Origin: Leptospiraceae bacterium | GTDB taxonomy: Bacteria; Spirochaetota; Leptospiria; Leptospirales; Leptonemataceae | DNA length: 64,000 nt | Direction of reading: 5' to 3' | Assembly: GCA_040217195.1 (NCBI GenBank) | Contig: JAVJNR010000001.1 | Location: 102,690 to 166,689, forward strand | In this document: piece after piece, positions 50,216 to 59,943 of the stretch | Numbering within the stretch: the stretch's first letter is position 1 | How the letters are laid out: each line of letters opens with the position of its first letter | The notes under the pieces: model-generated | Database searches by the model: none | What the model was told of the DNA's origin: nothing | The model's input: the letters and a program-made list of their open reading frames with translations, nothing else | Translations under genes and position numbers: made by a program

Positions 50216-51204
50216 AAATATTCCTGGCCACACCCGGTCTTTTATTTTGTAACAGGATTGCAGGATTTTCCAACAGTTGCAATGGCACCGAAGACAGTAA
50301 GCATTACGCGTCAGAAAGCCCGGGACCCAATAGAACGGTCACAGGTTGGCGAGTCCAGTGTGCCAGACTGGCCATGATTTTCTTGCTTCAACTTTGCATT
50401 TCCCCGGCCCTGGCACAGGTACCTGACTCAGGCCTGGATTTCTATGAATTGCAACGGGTCTTTCAGGTTCCCCGAAGCATTACGGTAGAACGTTCCCGAG
50501 AGATCCAGGAGATGTGGGCCTATCCAGAAAATGTAAAAGGAAGGTTCGATGCTCTGGTATTTCGCAAAGATTACACCAGCGCCTACTACAGACGGGCTCT
50601 TTCTATGTTTGAGCGGATCCGAAGCCAGGACCGAAAGTTCCTGAAACACCAGAAGGATGTGTACAGAACTCTGAAAGATAACGATGATCCGCGGCCAATG
50701 AGTGCTCAGGAAAAACGTGATGCTCTGCGAAATCAATTCGCTCATGAGAAGATCCGACATCATGAAAAGATGGCAGCCGGATACAACCAGGTGCTCAAGC
50801 TACTGGATTCCGGCCGGGCCGGACCCCTGGATGGGGCCAATCTAGATCTATATCTACAAACCCTGCGGCTGAACATTATACATCTGAGCAAAGGCAGAAA
50901 TTATCAGGATGCACTCTGGATGCTTCGTCGCTATTATCAAACTGAGACCGAAGCTGCATCCCAGTGGCCCTTTCATTTTTATGTAGCCTCAACCCTTACT
51001 CATCTGCATCGACGGGCCCGTGAATCCGGGAAGTCCCTGGAAAAACAGTACCGTCTGGAAAGTCTGAAGGACCGATATATCCTGAACTATCTGGAACTAA
51101 GATATGGTCGTCAGTCCTATCAGTACACGGAGACGTTTAAAAGGCTACGAAGAGAAGCCGGGCCCTTGCATTTCCTGCGAAAAGAGGGACCCCTGGTTCC
51201 TTGA
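50212..51204 (+). CDS. Hypothetical exported alpha-helical protein
   Basis: 330 aa; signal-like segment ending PALA; GGAGG upstream; coupled to previous ORF. Confidence 0.65.
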   Translation: MKIFLATPGLLFCNRIAGFSNSCNGTEDSKHYASESPGPNRTVTGWRVQCARLAMIFLLQLCISPALAQVPDSGLDFYELQRVFQVPRSITVERSREIQEMWAYPENVKGRFDALVFRKDYTSAYYRRALSMFERIRSQDRKFLKHQKDVYRTLKDNDDPRPMSAQEKRDALRNQFAHEKIRHHEKMAAGYNQVLKLLDSGRAGPLDGANLDLYLQTLRLNIIHLSKGRNYQDALWMLRRYYQTETEAASQWPFHFYVASTLTHLHRRARESGKSLEKQYRLESLKDRYILNYLELRYGRQSYQYTETFKRLRREAGPLHFLRKEGPLVP

Positions 51205-51245
51205 TAGGTGGCATTCCGGAGACCAGAACGGTACTCTAGAAAAAA

Positions 51246-51911
51246 TTAGTTAGCCACAGCTGCTGACAGCGCGGCCTGACTCAGTTTTTCGGCAAAGGTC
51301 TGGAATAGCGCTCCCTCTTGCTGACCAATGGTTTCCAGTTCTTTCGAGAAATCCAGGGGAAGCTCTGCAGCCATATTCAGTATTTCGCGCATATGCCCTT
51401 CCTCTTCTTTCAGAAGACCCGATAGATGCACCGGAAGATCCTTCTGACGAAGTAGCTTTTCATAGACGCCATATACTTCCACAGCTCTTTCTTCGATTAC
51501 ATAGGTAACCGCCAGATATGAAAACAGAGTCTGATATTGCGAGCTGCCGGGCATAAGCTCCAGGGCCCGGCGTTTACACAACCCATCCAGGCTTTGAAAG
51601 TATTTAATACCGGACCACTGGCAGAGAGGGGAGATCGTATTGCTTTTGATTCCATCGCCTTTCATTTCTTCTGGAAGCAATCGATGGATTTGCTTTTTGA
51701 AGAAATATGCATGCCTTGCCTCTTCGGCTGCATGCTGAAGCACTATTTCGGAGCGCTGCAGCTTCTCAGGAAATCGAGACATGGACTTGTGGATCTTACG
51801 AGCCCCCATGTTTTCCAGAAGTGAAAGAGTTTCCAGCCAGCGTACATGCAGCCAGTCATCCTCCACAACCGATTCCAGAAATGGTCTTAGATCAACTTTT
51901 TTGAGTATCAT
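51246..51911 (-). CDS. Ferritin-like (diiron four-helix bundle) protein
   Basis: LE..EEARH and IEE..EEEGH carboxylate/His ligand pattern. Confidence 0.7.
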   Translation of the reverse strand: MILKKVDLRPFLESVVEDDWLHVRWLETLSLLENMGARKIHKSMSRFPEKLQRSEIVLQHAAEEARHAYFFKKQIHRLLPEEMKGDGIKSNTISPLCQWSGIKYFQSLDGLCKRRALELMPGSSQYQTLFSYLAVTYVIEERAVEVYGVYEKLLRQKDLPVHLSGLLKEEEGHMREILNMAAELPLDFSKELETIGQQEGALFQTFAEKLSQAALSAAVAN

Positions 51912-52905
51912 CGCGAATATAGAGCTTCTTCTGTATAATCCAGATTACCGCAGCCAGAGCGATAATCAGTCCAAATATCTGACTTTGAGTGAAACCATAC
52001 CAGTGCCAGTTTTGAAAATAGGCTGCGGTTTGCTGAGTATGATGAATATGATGTTCTATCAATCTGCCATCGGAGTAGGTTGGATGATCCAGAACAGGAA
52101 TCAATGCATCGTTGATTCGCAAGAATTCCACCAGAAAGCGCGAAATTCCATTCCATACCAGAAATACAGCCACCATGAATCCGGGTTTGAAGCTTTGAAA
52201 TCTAAGTTTTAGCATCATCCAGGCAAATAGTACCCAGGTAGAAAGAGCTTCAATGAGAGGCGTATTCCAGACGCTCACCCCATGAGTACCCATAACACCG
52301 CCGGGTTTATAACCCAGCCAGCTGGTAAGCTTTACCACCGATTCGTATTTGTAGAACTCCATGGTCAGAAATGGAATATCCACAGACGCTCCGTAGCCAA
52401 AGCAACCATCGCCGCTTACAATACATCCCAGTCTTCCAATGCCATAGCCCACAGCCATGGAAGGGATGAATGCATCTCCGTACTGCCAGATGGGCTGCTT
52501 CTTATGCCGTAGATAGAAATATAGAAAGGCAAAGCCCATGGCAAATCCGCCGTAGAAAACCAGGCCTCCTGGGCTGAAAAGAGTCTCCCACAGTCCCAGA
52601 AAATCTGGATTGCCAGCGTACTTGGCTCCAAGCCCCTCATAGTTAAATAATACGTACTCCAGTTTGGTCCAGAATCCATCCGGGCCTCGCCAGATGCGAC
52701 TCCACACTTCCAGCACGTAGCCAATCTTGGCACCGATGATGGTTCCAATTACAGCCAACAGCAGGGAATGGTCCCCGTACTCTTCTTTCAAGCCCCGGCG
52801 CCGCAGTTCCCGGGGTACCAGATAAGCCGCGGTCAGAAAAGCGGCCATCAATAGAAGGCTGAATGTGGAAATGTCAATTCCGAACAATATGAATTTCTCT
52901 AGCAT
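51892..52905 (-). CDS. lgt: Prolipoprotein diacylglyceryl transferase
   Basis: IIGAKIGY, GGLVFYGG, GIGRLGC..GDGCFG, RFLVEFLR, TQSQ. Confidence 0.9.
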   Translation of the reverse strand: MLEKFILFGIDISTFSLLLMAAFLTAAYLVPRELRRRGLKEEYGDHSLLLAVIGTIIGAKIGYVLEVWSRIWRGPDGFWTKLEYVLFNYEGLGAKYAGNPDFLGLWETLFSPGGLVFYGGFAMGFAFLYFYLRHKKQPIWQYGDAFIPSMAVGYGIGRLGCIVSGDGCFGYGASVDIPFLTMEFYKYESVVKLTSWLGYKPGGVMGTHGVSVWNTPLIEALSTWVLFAWMMLKLRFQSFKPGFMVAVFLVWNGISRFLVEFLRINDALIPVLDHPTYSDGRLIEHHIHHTQQTAAYFQNWHWYGFTQSQIFGLIIALAAVIWIIQKKLYIRDDTQKS

Positions 52906-54206
52906 TTAAGTTCCTCGATCTGTTCTATCTCTACGGGCACCTCTGAAGTTAGATTCAAAGGCGCTCCTTTTGTTATTACTATGTCATCTTCTATCCGAAT
53001 CCCTGTATTTCTGTAGGGCTCCGGAATATCGTCGTGGCCGGGAATATATAATCCTGGTTCTACTGTGCAGGCCATTCCTGCTTCAAAGCGGCGGGCCTGC
53101 CCATCCAGATAGTAGCTTCCAACATCGTGTACATCATAGCCAATCCAGTGCCCTGTGCGATGCATGTAAAATCGCCGATAGGTCTTTTTAGCCAGGGCTT
53201 CATCCTTGCTTTCTTTTACAAGTCCCAGATCCTTTAATCCATCCACCAGAATACTCACTGCATCATCATGGACGGAATCCATGGTTGCGCCAACAACGCT
53301 GCTTTCTATGGCTTTTTTTTGAGCTTTCAAAACAATGGAATACAATTCCTTCTGAGGCTCTGTAAACCTTGCATTAACAGGAAACGTTCTTGTTACATCC
53401 GAATGAATATATCCCTGAGCGGCGGCCGCATCCATAAGGACCAGGTCTCCATCTTTCAGGATTTCATCGTTCTTTATATAGTGCAAAACACAGGCACGCC
53501 CTCCGCCAGCTACAATGGATGGATAGGCCTCCACGGCGTTGTGGCTGCGAAAGACTTTGTGTAAAATAGACTCCAGTTCATATTCTCCCATGCCCGGTCT
53601 GGCTGCCTGAATTATCTCCTTATGAGCCTGAGCGGTAATTGCAGCTGTAGCTTTCATTCGCTGGACTTCCCAGTCTGACTTGATGAGACGCAATTCATGG
53701 AGTAAAAGAGCAGGATGAACAATCCTGTATGGTCCGGAAGTACCGGCCCGGCCGCGAATTAGCAACCTTTGAGATAATCCCAGTACTTCCTGGTCTCTGG
53801 CTGCATCGCTTCCATAGGAATAGTACAACGCGGAAACTCCATTGATCCAGCTTTCCAGATCTTTATGCAATGCCTCCAGATCTCGAGAGTCTTCAATACC
53901 AGACATTTCGCAGGTCTCTTCCAGGTTCGGTTGAGGACCTTCCCAGGTTTCTTTTTCTGGACTGCCGGGCTTTACGTACACAGCCATCTTATCTTTGCTC
54001 AAAACCAGGGCCCCTTCTTCCACAGGAAGGCCCGTTAAATAGTAAAAATCGGAATCCTGCCGAAAGCGGTAATGCACGTCGTTGGACATGATGCGCTTTG
54101 GTGCAGTATATAGGATCAGAACAGAACCAGGCTCCATTCTGGCCTGACAGGCCGACCTTCTTTGCAATAACTCTTGGTGCGGAATTTCCGGGCTAAATCG
54201 ACCCAT
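52899..54206 (-). CDS. pepP: Xaa-Pro aminopeptidase (aminopeptidase P)
   Basis: FRQDSDFYYLTG, LHY, SDVTRTFP, HRTGHWIGYDVHD, TVEPGLY, GIRIEDD. Confidence 0.93.
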   Translation of the reverse strand: MGRFSPEIPHQELLQRRSACQARMEPGSVLILYTAPKRIMSNDVHYRFRQDSDFYYLTGLPVEEGALVLSKDKMAVYVKPGSPEKETWEGPQPNLEETCEMSGIEDSRDLEALHKDLESWINGVSALYYSYGSDAARDQEVLGLSQRLLIRGRAGTSGPYRIVHPALLLHELRLIKSDWEVQRMKATAAITAQAHKEIIQAARPGMGEYELESILHKVFRSHNAVEAYPSIVAGGGRACVLHYIKNDEILKDGDLVLMDAAAAQGYIHSDVTRTFPVNARFTEPQKELYSIVLKAQKKAIESSVVGATMDSVHDDAVSILVDGLKDLGLVKESKDEALAKKTYRRFYMHRTGHWIGYDVHDVGSYYLDGQARRFEAGMACTVEPGLYIPGHDDIPEPYRNTGIRIEDDIVITKGAPLNLTSEVPVEIEQIEELKC

Positions 54207-54207
54207 A

Positions 54208-55710
54208 TCAGGCATGGACCCTGTCGGGGCCGAGAATTTCCAGAAATAAATCATAGATTCTATAGCTTCCGGTAAATAGAATCGTGCTGTACTGATTTTG
54301 CCGGGCGCAATTGAGGACCTGATCTCTGATAGAATCTGCAGATGTTGCCGCAACGGTTCTCAGTCGCATGGCTGTTTGCCGGGATTGCAAGGAGTCATTT
54401 GATTGGTTCTGGACTGCTGTTTCATCCGAGCCGGGTGGCTGTGCCAGGCCTTCGCGTTCAATACAAAATACATCTTTGAGACCTTTCCATCGAGCAACTC
54501 GCAAGAAATGAGGATAGGAGCGGTCCGGCAGAATTCCTAGAACCAGCAATGGTGGATCAGAAAATGTAGATAACACTGTATGTAGCGATGCTGGATTGTG
54601 CCCTGAATCATATATCCAGCGAAAGCCTTTAAAGCGAATATCCATCATTCGTCCGGCAGGCACCTGTAAATCCTGGAATTCTGTGGAATCTAGACTTTGC
54701 ATCAGCTTTGCCAGTCGCTTTTGGTTCGAATTTGTTTCCGAATTTGTTTCCGAATTGTCTGGCCCAACTATAGCAGTGGACGCCCCATAAAGTTCTTCTG
54801 TATCATTTTCTGCGACGGGACTTTGCAGAAGCGATTGCAATCCACTCGGACCCGAGGCTGAATCCAGGTTTTGCGGTCTGGCGGTTAGAGCAGCGTCAAC
54901 CAGGTCCGAGACAATCCATTTAGCGAACTGGAAGTTCTGGTTTAGATATCCAGATGGGCTTTCGGAATGCCGGGGCATGGAGTGAGACTCGGTGAGATGG
55001 CTATCAAAAGAAAGGATTCGATTCTGGCCGGTGGCTTCCGGGGTCCGTAATTCATCTAGAATCCGCCGGGCCAGGGGCTCATACCGGCACTCCATTAAAT
55101 AGAAAATTCGGGAATCCGGGCCTGAAATGCCCAGTTTTTCAGCAAAGATGGCCGATCTGGTTTTACCCAGAAGGGCCATATGATCCAGGGCTATTCGGGT
55201 AATTAGCACAACATTGGGATTACAAAGACTTGTAGCATCAAGTCTGCCTCCCAGGCCCGCTTCATAGATCTGCACAGGAATTCTTTTCTTTTGGAAGATC
55301 TCCATGGAAAGCAAACTCAGTAGTTCAAAGTAGCTCAAATCAGCCCATAGTTTTGAATCATAGTCTAGAAACGTTTGCCGCAGGCTGTCGTATCCGTCTT
55401 CCAGAGTGGACTGTTCATTTTTTCCATCGATACGAATTCTTTCGGAGTAATGCTGTAGATGCGGACTACTATACACTCCTGTGCAATAGCCACCTGCGCG
55501 AAATAGCTCGGACAGGTAATGGCTTACAGATCCCTTGCCATTGGTTCCTACAACGGATATTCGAATTCCATTCCATGCAGACCAGTGAAACTCTGCGAAT
55601 TTTCGAAGCTTCAATAATCGCTTTGAGAATTCCTGAGGAGCAAAGTTTCGATTCTTCTCCGGGTTGATTCTATTTTCCAGATCTTCAGTGAGATTCATAG
55701 TTAAAGGCAT
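54208..55710 (-). CDS. folC: Folylpolyglutamate synthase/dihydrofolate synthase
   Basis: VVGTNGKGS, YSSPHL..ERIRI, EAGLGGRLDAT, DH..LG, DSGHNP. Confidence 0.88.
   Translation of the reverse strand: MPLTMNLTEDLENRINPEKNRNFAPQEFSKRLLKLRKFAEFHWSAWNGIRISVVGTNGKGSVSHYLSELFRAGGYCTGVYSSPHLQHYSERIRIDGKNEQSTLEDGYDSLRQTFLDYDSKLWADLSYFELLSLLSMEIFQKKRIPVQIYEAGLGGRLDATSLCNPNVVLITRIALDHMALLGKTRSAIFAEKLGISGPDSRIFYLMECRYEPLARRILDELRTPEATGQNRILSFDSHLTESHSMPRHSESPSGYLNQNFQFAKWIVSDLVDAALTARPQNLDSASGPSGLQSLLQSPVAENDTEELYGASTAIVGPDNSETNSETNSNQKRLAKLMQSLDSTEFQDLQVPAGRMMDIRFKGFRWIYDSGHNPASLHTVLSTFSDPPLLVLGILPDRSYPHFLRVARWKGLKDVFCIEREGLAQPPGSDETAVQNQSNDSLQSRQTAMRLRTVAATSADSIRDQVLNCARQNQYSTILFTGSYRIYDLFLEILGPDRVHA
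54727..54756. repeat. 12-bp in-frame tandem repeat (2.5 copies) inside folC
   Basis: CGAATTTGTTTC x2 plus CGAATT; encodes NSET-NSET-NS. Confidence 0.85.
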
Positions 55711-55748
55711 TCTAACTTCGCTTGTACTGAAAGGTTCTGCGAAACGTT

Positions 55749-56741
55749 TTATCCGGAGGATTTGCTTTTAAGATCTTTTTTCAGTAACTTTTCCCATTTA
55801 GATACGGGAGGTTCCTTGCCGGTAAACCATCGAAACTGGAACACCGCCTGATATAGAAGCATACTGTAACCGTACACCACTTTGCAGCCTTTCTTTTTTG
55901 CCAGAGCGATCAGAGGAGTAATCATGGGACTGTACACTATATCAAATACGGTGCAGCCTCTTTGAATCAGTTCTGGATTCAATGGCAGATCCTTTGTTAC
56001 GGATTTACTTCGAGTCTTCATTCCTAGAGGAGTTGTTTGGATAATGATATCTGGATAGCGCATCCCTTCATCAGACTTTTGCCGTTTCGCCTGAATGGAA
56101 TTGTTTCTGATGCTCTTTCCGGATGAAACGTCGGGCCGCGGCAAAGAGGATGCATTGTTTTCAAGTGCAAGTATGGCTGCCCCCGGAAATTGCTTTTTTA
56201 GATCCCGAATGAATGCCCGGATTCTTGTTTTGTTTCTTCCGGTAATCCAGATCCTGGATGGCTTTTCTGAGATCAGAAGCTGCGCTGCAATGGCCCGGGC
56301 CGATCCTCCGTAGCCGCAGATGAGCACGGTCTTTCCGCGAATGGTGGTGGCCTGCTTCAGTGCCTGGATGGCGCCAGGTCCGTCCGAATTCCTTGCTTCA
56401 ATGACGGTTTCTCCTTTTTTTTCCAGGAAGAGCAGGGTGTTACTGGCCCCGCAAATCTGGCTTAGTTTATCCGATCGGTCTGCCATTCGATGGGCCCAGA
56501 TTTTATGAGGTATGGTTACTGAAAGTCCTCCCAGATTGAGGCTTTGCATCGTTCGTTTTAAGAAAGGTCCTGTCTCCTTTACATCCAGAGGAATATAGAC
56601 TCCGGCATATCCAGTTTCCTGAAAGGCCATATTGTGCAATAATGGACTTAATGAGTGCTGAACCGGATGTCCCATTATGCCAAAGACCCTGGTATTTCCC
56701 CTGATTTCCATCTCCGGTAAATCTCTGCAAAATGCTGCCAT
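55749..56741 (-). CDS. aroE: Shikimate dehydrogenase
   Basis: G.PV.HSLSP..HN, SVTIPHK, ASNT, NSDG, GYGGSARA, DIVYSP, MLLYQA. Confidence 0.93.
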   Translation of the reverse strand: MAAFCRDLPEMEIRGNTRVFGIMGHPVQHSLSPLLHNMAFQETGYAGVYIPLDVKETGPFLKRTMQSLNLGGLSVTIPHKIWAHRMADRSDKLSQICGASNTLLFLEKKGETVIEARNSDGPGAIQALKQATTIRGKTVLICGYGGSARAIAAQLLISEKPSRIWITGRNKTRIRAFIRDLKKQFPGAAILALENNASSLPRPDVSSGKSIRNNSIQAKRQKSDEGMRYPDIIIQTTPLGMKTRSKSVTKDLPLNPELIQRGCTVFDIVYSPMITPLIALAKKKGCKVVYGYSMLLYQAVFQFRWFTGKEPPVSKWEKLLKKDLKSKSSG

Positions 56742-56793
56742 GTAAATTCTTATTTACTCAAAGCGGCCACTCAAAAAGGTTAACTGCATTCGC

Positions 56794-57126
56794 ATGGAAT
56801 GGTTTATTGATTTCTTAATGATTGTTCGGGATCTGTTGGTTTATGGGCTTTGCGGTCTTGCCGGGGCCTATTATTACTATTTCAGATTGAATCGAGATCT
56901 TCTGGGAGGCTTCTGGGGAGCTACCCTGATCGGCACAATCGGTGCCGTTCTGGTCCATGTAATCGCCAATATAAAGAGCTGGTTTCCCATGGTGGTGAAT
57001 TTTCTGATGATTCCCAAATGGGAGAATATTCACCTGGCCAGGGTGAATATCATTGCGGCTCTAATCGGTTCTTTTCTTTTTCTCTATGTTCTGAACCGAA
57101 TCAATCACGACAAAGAACGTCGCTAA
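56794..57126 (+). CDS. Small membrane protein (3 TM)
   Basis: 110 aa hydrophobic ORF. Confidence 0.65.
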   Translation: MEWFIDFLMIVRDLLVYGLCGLAGAYYYYFRLNRDLLGGFWGATLIGTIGAVLVHVIANIKSWFPMVVNFLMIPKWENIHLARVNIIAALIGSFLFLYVLNRINHDKERR

Positions 57127-57132
57127 GCCCCA

Positions 57133-57483
57133 TTATTGGCTGCCCTTCGGCGGGATTCCGTAAATCCCGGGTCCGCTTTCGATGGCTGCTGAGTTCGGAA
57201 GGGAGACCACTCGGGCCCTGGCCCGGGCCTTGCGATCCAGTTCTTCTATACGCACGATGCTGTGCATTGGCAGTATGATTCTTCTGGTATCTTCAAATTC
57301 CTTTCTCAGCCCATCCTCCGTGGGATCCACAAGCACCTGAGATTTCTCTCCAAATACAAGTTCCCGATTCTCTATAAATCCGAATAGATCGCTGGCTTCT
57401 ACTTCCCGGGCCAGAACCTCATAGGATTTTCCTTGATTCATGAATATTACTCGGAATAATTTTCGTTCACCGGTTTGAGCCAT
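57133..57483 (-). CDS. DUF1820-family protein
   Basis: FRVIF.NQGK.YE, LFGFIE, FGEKS..VDPTE..L..EF, PMHSIVRI. Confidence 0.8.
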   Translation of the reverse strand: MAQTGERKLFRVIFMNQGKSYEVLAREVEASDLFGFIENRELVFGEKSQVLVDPTEDGLRKEFEDTRRIILPMHSIVRIEELDRKARARARVVSLPNSAAIESGPGIYGIPPKGSQ

Positions 57484-57686
57484 AGATCCAGGGCCTACGG
57501 AGGTTGAGCGCTGTCAAGTCTGCCTGCGGCCATTTCGTCGCCGCAGAGCGGAGCTCTCCAGGGTAGCGGCATTTTAAAACATTCCAGCCGGGCCCGGTTT
57601 TTTTTCTTCTGGCCGAATTGCGGGCCATTACGGGCAATTCGCCCTTCATCTGGCACTGTAATTCCAGTAGAAAGTGTCTCATATAC

Positions 57687-57713
57687 TAATGGTTTTTGGC
57701 CATTTCCCGATGT
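57687..57713 (+). promoter_or_regulatory. Candidate sigma-28 (FliA) promoter for fliD
   Basis: TAAT-N15-CCCGATGT versus consensus TAAA-N15-GCCGATAA, 34 nt upstream of the fliD ATG. Confidence 0.45.
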
Positions 57714-57747
57714 ACAGTACAGTAGGGGTGAGCCCCGAGGAGCAACA

Positions 57748-59799
57748 ATGCCAGCACCAGCTATCTTCCAGAACAATGCAGGAGTCAATCCCGGTCAGAT
57801 GATCGAGAAACTGATGCAAGCGGAGCGCATGCCTTTGCTGCGCATGGAAGAAGATATTGCCCGAAGCAAAGTAGAAATCAAAGCGTTTGAAGAATTACGC
57901 AACCGGGCCCGCAAGCTATCCGATGCCAGCCGCGATCTTTATTCATTTGCGGGACCTTTTGCCACCAAGTCTGTGGAGTCTTCGGATCCAGGGGCCATTA
58001 CCGGCCAGGCGGCTCCGGATGTGGATCCAGGTTCTCAATCGGTAGAAGTCCTGGAGCTGGCCACAAGGCATCAGATTACCAGCCGCCAGCTGTCAAGAAA
58101 GGAGACCCTTCCCCGAGGAAAGTTTACGATCAATGTAGGCGAAAAGGAACTCAATGTAGATTTCCCTGGCGGGGGAGTGGTAGATCTGGAACGAGCTTTG
58201 AAAGGTCAGGCCGGTCAGGATTATGAAGTAAGCGTAATCAACATTGATGCAAACAATGCACTTATCTCTTTGAGATCCTCGGTGAGTGGCAGCGATGGTG
58301 CCTTTAGTTTCTCCGACCCAGATGGAATTCTGAAGCAGGCAGGCTTCATAGGAAACAAGAAGGTAGAAAAGAAATCTTCCGAGGAACTGGATTTTCAGCA
58401 GAGCAAGATGCAGGCTCCTGCAGAATCGAAATACGAAATCTCTCCGGATGGTCAACAGCTAAGCCTGAGTCAAGGAAGCGAAGCCAGCCTCAGTGTAACC
58501 TCTGAACCAGGGACCATATCCGTTACCGTAACCGGAAAAGGCTCCGAATCCTCGGAATCAACGGAGCCAACCGCACAAACAGAAGAACAACGCAGGAAGG
58601 TTCGCACAGAAAGCACTCGACCTGGCCCGGATGTAGAAGTGGAGGCCGGAGATATTAAGTTTCCAGCAGCGGATATTGAACGTACTCGAACAGTGCGCGA
58701 AGATAAGCCTTCTGATCAGGCCCAGGCGTCCAGCGCCAGCCCCGGAGTCATTACAGTATTCTTTGAGTCCAATGGATCCACTCAAAAAAGACAATTTCAG
58801 GCAAATACCGGTCCCATGGAACTGCCAGTTCAGAATCTACCGGAAGGAAGCAAAATTACCTCCATTACATTTGATGCCAACGAAGGTATGGATATGTCTG
58901 TGCGAGGTCTTCGCATCGACAGTACTAAAACCGATGCTGCTTTTGGACCTCTAAACGAAACCCAGCCGGCCAAAGATGCCAGGCTTAAAATGAATGGAAT
59001 TGAGATCACTCGAAGCAGCAACGAGAACATCACTGACATTATTGAAGGAGCCAGCCTCACACTCCATCGAGTGACCAGTGGTCCTGTGGAAGTGACTGTA
59101 AAAGCCAATACTGAGGAGATTAAGGCCAAAATTGTTGCCTGGGTTGAGTCCTACAATGAGCTTCTGAAGTTTGTCAAAGAAAACGATCAATTTGTAAAGA
59201 GCGATGAGTTCGAAATGAATCGTTCCTCCGATCCGAATGGAGATATCCGAGATGGATATCGACAGCTGAAAGATCGATCTGGAATCTTTGCCGGCGATCC
59301 TACCACCCGGCAGATTGTTACAACCTTGCAGGCCCTGGTATCAACTTCTTATCCATCATTGAGCGAGCCAGACTATCGAGTGCTGGCCCAGATTGGAATT
59401 ACCACCGGGGATGTGGGCGCCAAGTGGTCAGAAATCAAAGATGGATACCTGAAAGTAGACGATGGCAAATTGACCAAAGCTCTCAGTGAATCTCCGCAAA
59501 GCGTTAAAGATCTGTTTGCTGCTGATCTAAATGAAGATGCAATAACGGACAATGGTGTGGCCTTCAAAATGAATGAAACTTTGAAGCCCTATGTCCAGTT
59601 CTCCGGAGGGTTGATTACTGCGCGTATTGAAACCATCAAAAGCCGCATTGATCAGAAGAAAGAAGCCATGGCAAACAAGGAAAGGAGCCTGGCACAGAAA
59701 GAACAGCAGCTAAGGGAGAAGTTCGGAAGAATGGAAAGTTCCATTCGAGAAGCCAAGTCCAGGTCAGAATATTTGAAAAGTAAACTGGGAACTCCCTGA
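57748..59799 (+). CDS. fliD: Flagellar filament capping protein FliD
   Basis: G.N..QMIEKLM.AER, VLELAT, AKDA.L..NG..ITRSSN..DIIEG, LAQIGITT, L.VD..KL, L.EKF..ME. Confidence 0.92.
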   Translation: MPAPAIFQNNAGVNPGQMIEKLMQAERMPLLRMEEDIARSKVEIKAFEELRNRARKLSDASRDLYSFAGPFATKSVESSDPGAITGQAAPDVDPGSQSVEVLELATRHQITSRQLSRKETLPRGKFTINVGEKELNVDFPGGGVVDLERALKGQAGQDYEVSVINIDANNALISLRSSVSGSDGAFSFSDPDGILKQAGFIGNKKVEKKSSEELDFQQSKMQAPAESKYEISPDGQQLSLSQGSEASLSVTSEPGTISVTVTGKGSESSESTEPTAQTEEQRRKVRTESTRPGPDVEVEAGDIKFPAADIERTRTVREDKPSDQAQASSASPGVITVFFESNGSTQKRQFQANTGPMELPVQNLPEGSKITSITFDANEGMDMSVRGLRIDSTKTDAAFGPLNETQPAKDARLKMNGIEITRSSNENITDIIEGASLTLHRVTSGPVEVTVKANTEEIKAKIVAWVESYNELLKFVKENDQFVKSDEFEMNRSSDPNGDIRDGYRQLKDRSGIFAGDPTTRQIVTTLQALVSTSYPSLSEPDYRVLAQIGITTGDVGAKWSEIKDGYLKVDDGKLTKALSESPQSVKDLFAADLNEDAITDNGVAFKMNETLKPYVQFSGGLITARIETIKSRIDQKKEAMANKERSLAQKEQQLREKFGRMESSIREAKSRSEYLKSKLGTP

Positions 59800-59943
59800 T
59801 TTTTTATGCAGTTTTTCCGCAATGATTACGACATAATAAGCAGGACTGGAAACCTCGATGATTTTCGCAAAGGGGCTTATATATCCTGGAAGTCCGAGGC
59901 TGGAACGAATTAGCCGTTCTTTGAGCAGTTCTGGAGGAATGCC

